NCBI GenBank assembly: GCA_965204755.1
Contig: OZ242011.1
Coordinates: 3,104,001 to 3,168,000 of the forward strand
Direction of reading: 5' to 3'
From: Candidatus Marinacidobacterium sp.
GTDB taxonomy: Bacteria; Acidobacteriota; Vicinamibacteria; Marinacidobacterales; Marinacidobacteraceae
DNA length: 64,000 bases
Shown here: one piece after another, positions 62,428 through 64,000 of the stretch
Layout: each line of letters opens with the position of its first letter
Numbering within the stretch: the first letter of the stretch is position 1
Position numbers and translations under genes: made by a program
Notes under the pieces: generated by a model
The model's database searches: none
What the model saw: the letters and a program-made list of their open reading frames with translations, nothing else
What the model was told of the DNA's origin: nothing

Positions 62428-63147
62428 TCAGAAGAGGGTCGTGAACCAGCGGTGGAGGAAGGCGACCGTCGCGGCGAACGCCGGCACGACGATGGCCGCG
62501 ATCAGGATGTTCGTCCGGCGATCGATCCGGTCCATCCGCTTGTCGGCGCGCTCCTCCGACCGACGGAGGCATTCGAGCATGAACTCCTTCATGCGCTCCT
62601 CGGACTGCCGGACGGCATCGAGGACGAACGCCTTCATGCGTTCCTCCGACTGGCGGATGGATTCAGCGACGAACTCCTTCATCCGCTCCTCGGACTCGCG
62701 GATGGACTGGACCACGAAGGCCCTCGTCCGCTCCTCGGACTCGGTGATGAGCACCTTCGTCCGTTCCTCGGACTCGGCGATGAGCACCTTCGTCCGCTCC
62801 TCGGACTCGGTGATGAGCACCTTCGTCCGCTCCTCGGAGGCCGCGACCACGACCGCCACTTCCGAGGCGATCCGGTCCTGCAGTCGCCGCCCCTCGGCGA
62901 CCACCGCCCGGTCGAAGTGGGTGAGGAGCCGGTCATCGAGCCGCGCCAAGTCCCCCAGCGTCGCCGGGGTCTCCGGCGGGTGCCCCTCCCCCGGCATCGG
63001 GACGATCGGGTGTTCCCCCGGCGTCGGCTCGGTCAACGGCTGGCTCCGAACCACAGCGTAGCCCGTGGTTCGGCCACCGGCAACCGGCGGCGCCCCGGAG
63101 GGCGAGTCTTCGGACGCGAGACGCGTCAGTTCCTGGGTGTTCGGCAC
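62428..63147 (-). CDS. Coiled-coil repeat protein with C-terminal membrane anchor
   Basis: Repeats ESEERTKVLIT (33 bp) and xSEERMKxFVxxxxR (45 bp), then a hydrophobic C-terminal helix. AAGGAG RBS before GTG. Confidence 0.75.
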   Translation of the reverse strand: MPNTQELTRLASEDSPSGAPPVAGGRTTGYAVVRSQPLTEPTPGEHPIVPMPGEGHPPETPATLGDLARLDDRLLTHFDRAVVAEGRRLQDRIASEVAVVVAASEERTKVLITESEERTKVLIAESEERTKVLITESEERTRAFVVQSIRESEERMKEFVAESIRQSEERMKAFVLDAVRQSEERMKEFMLECLRRSEERADKRMDRIDRRTNILIAAIVVPAFAATVAFLHRWFTTLF

Positions 63148-63478
63148 GAGGCCGCTCCTTCCGTTCGGGCAAGGACGAGACGGAGACCCGGCGCCCGGAG
63201 CCGGCCCTCGCCCCTATAGAACGGAAGTCGGGAGCATTTCTGCCCACCGGAGTGCACATCCGCCTGCCGCGCCTTCCCCAGCCCGCTGTCTGCCCACGGC
63301 CTCCGCGCCGAGGCGCACCCGGCCGGTTCCCGTCTCGGAGGGCGATCACGACCCCCGCCCCGTCGCGTCGGCGTCCTCCCCGCTCTCCCGACGCGCCGAG
63401 CCGGGCGCGGTTTCGGGTCTCGTTCGTGGTGACGATTTCTGTCGTCCTCCCCAAGTAGTCTCGTTCCGAGTTACCCGA

Positions 63479-63934
63479 ATGCCGCGCCCGCCCATGCCCA
63501 AGCACGGCGGGGAGCAGTTCGCCCAGCGACTGGCGCGCGATGCCCCGCCCGGCGACCTGGACGCCCAGGCGCGGGAGTGGGTGATCTTCGACACCGGCCT
63601 CGGCCGCCGCCTCACCCACGCGGAAGTCGTCGAGTGGCTCCGGGAGCGCGAACGCGCCCGCGCCCGCCGGGAACGCCCCCCGCACCGCCTGGTGGCCGCC
63701 GCCCGGGCTGTCCGGGCCCGCGTCTCCCGGCTCGCCGAAGGGTTCTCCGAACGCCTGCCGCGCCCGCCCCACATCGTGCTCAACGCGCTCCCACTCGCCG
63801 CGGTCTTCGTCGTCATCCTCGCCTTCCGGGTCCTCTACTTCGTCGTTCCGGCCCTGGTGATCCTGCTGCTCCTGTCCCATGCCGTCGACTGGCTCTTCGG
63901 CACCGACCTCCTGACCCTCTGGGGCCTGGAGTGA
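63479..63934 (+). CDS. Hypothetical membrane protein
   Basis: C-terminal part of ORF 63065-63934 from ATG 63479, with coding-like codon usage and C-terminal hydrophobic helices. Confidence 0.6.
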   Translation: MPRPPMPKHGGEQFAQRLARDAPPGDLDAQAREWVIFDTGLGRRLTHAEVVEWLRERERARARRERPPHRLVAAARAVRARVSRLAEGFSERLPRPPHIVLNALPLAAVFVVILAFRVLYFVVPALVILLLLSHAVDWLFGTDLLTLWGLE

Positions 63935-64000
63935 CCGAGACGGTCCGGGACGAGACTCTCGAGTTGGATTCTTTCCAGTAACTCTCCGATACTCCTCGTC

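Overview
Very GC-rich bacterial chromosome segment. The fused LptF/G, SpoIVB-S55 protease, TonB-dependent receptor, FecR-DUF6600 protein and Uma2 expansion fit an Acidobacteriota-like diderm (inference). It is mostly housekeeping: a his cluster (hisZGDCBHA on +, hisF-hisIE inverted on -), cyoE, lactate permease, mtaB, B12-dependent nrdJ with NrdR boxes, glpX, acyl-CoA dehydrogenase, ftsB, valS, metK, lptFG, a frameshifted smc and murU/amgK-like genes. The unusual elements are: (1) an RNase III with two tandem RNase III domains (second catalytically dead) and two dsRBDs; (2) a ~600-bp intergenic array of 13 helically phased CTATACACAAT(T)C boxes between hisF and a degenerate Fic gene; (3) a lower-GC two-gene island, PHP-ABC ATPase (Ppl/TrlF-like) plus Schlafen/AlbA_2-HATPase, a candidate anti-phage pair; (4) three tandem Uma2 nuclease paralogues with a hypervariable block; (5) a tandem NrdR-box pair upstream of smc; (6) a TA-flanked MITE-like element. 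No rRNA, tRNA or CRISPR array was recognised. Most long ORFs in the supplied track are high-GC shadow ORFs. All family calls come from motif recognition by eye, not database searches.
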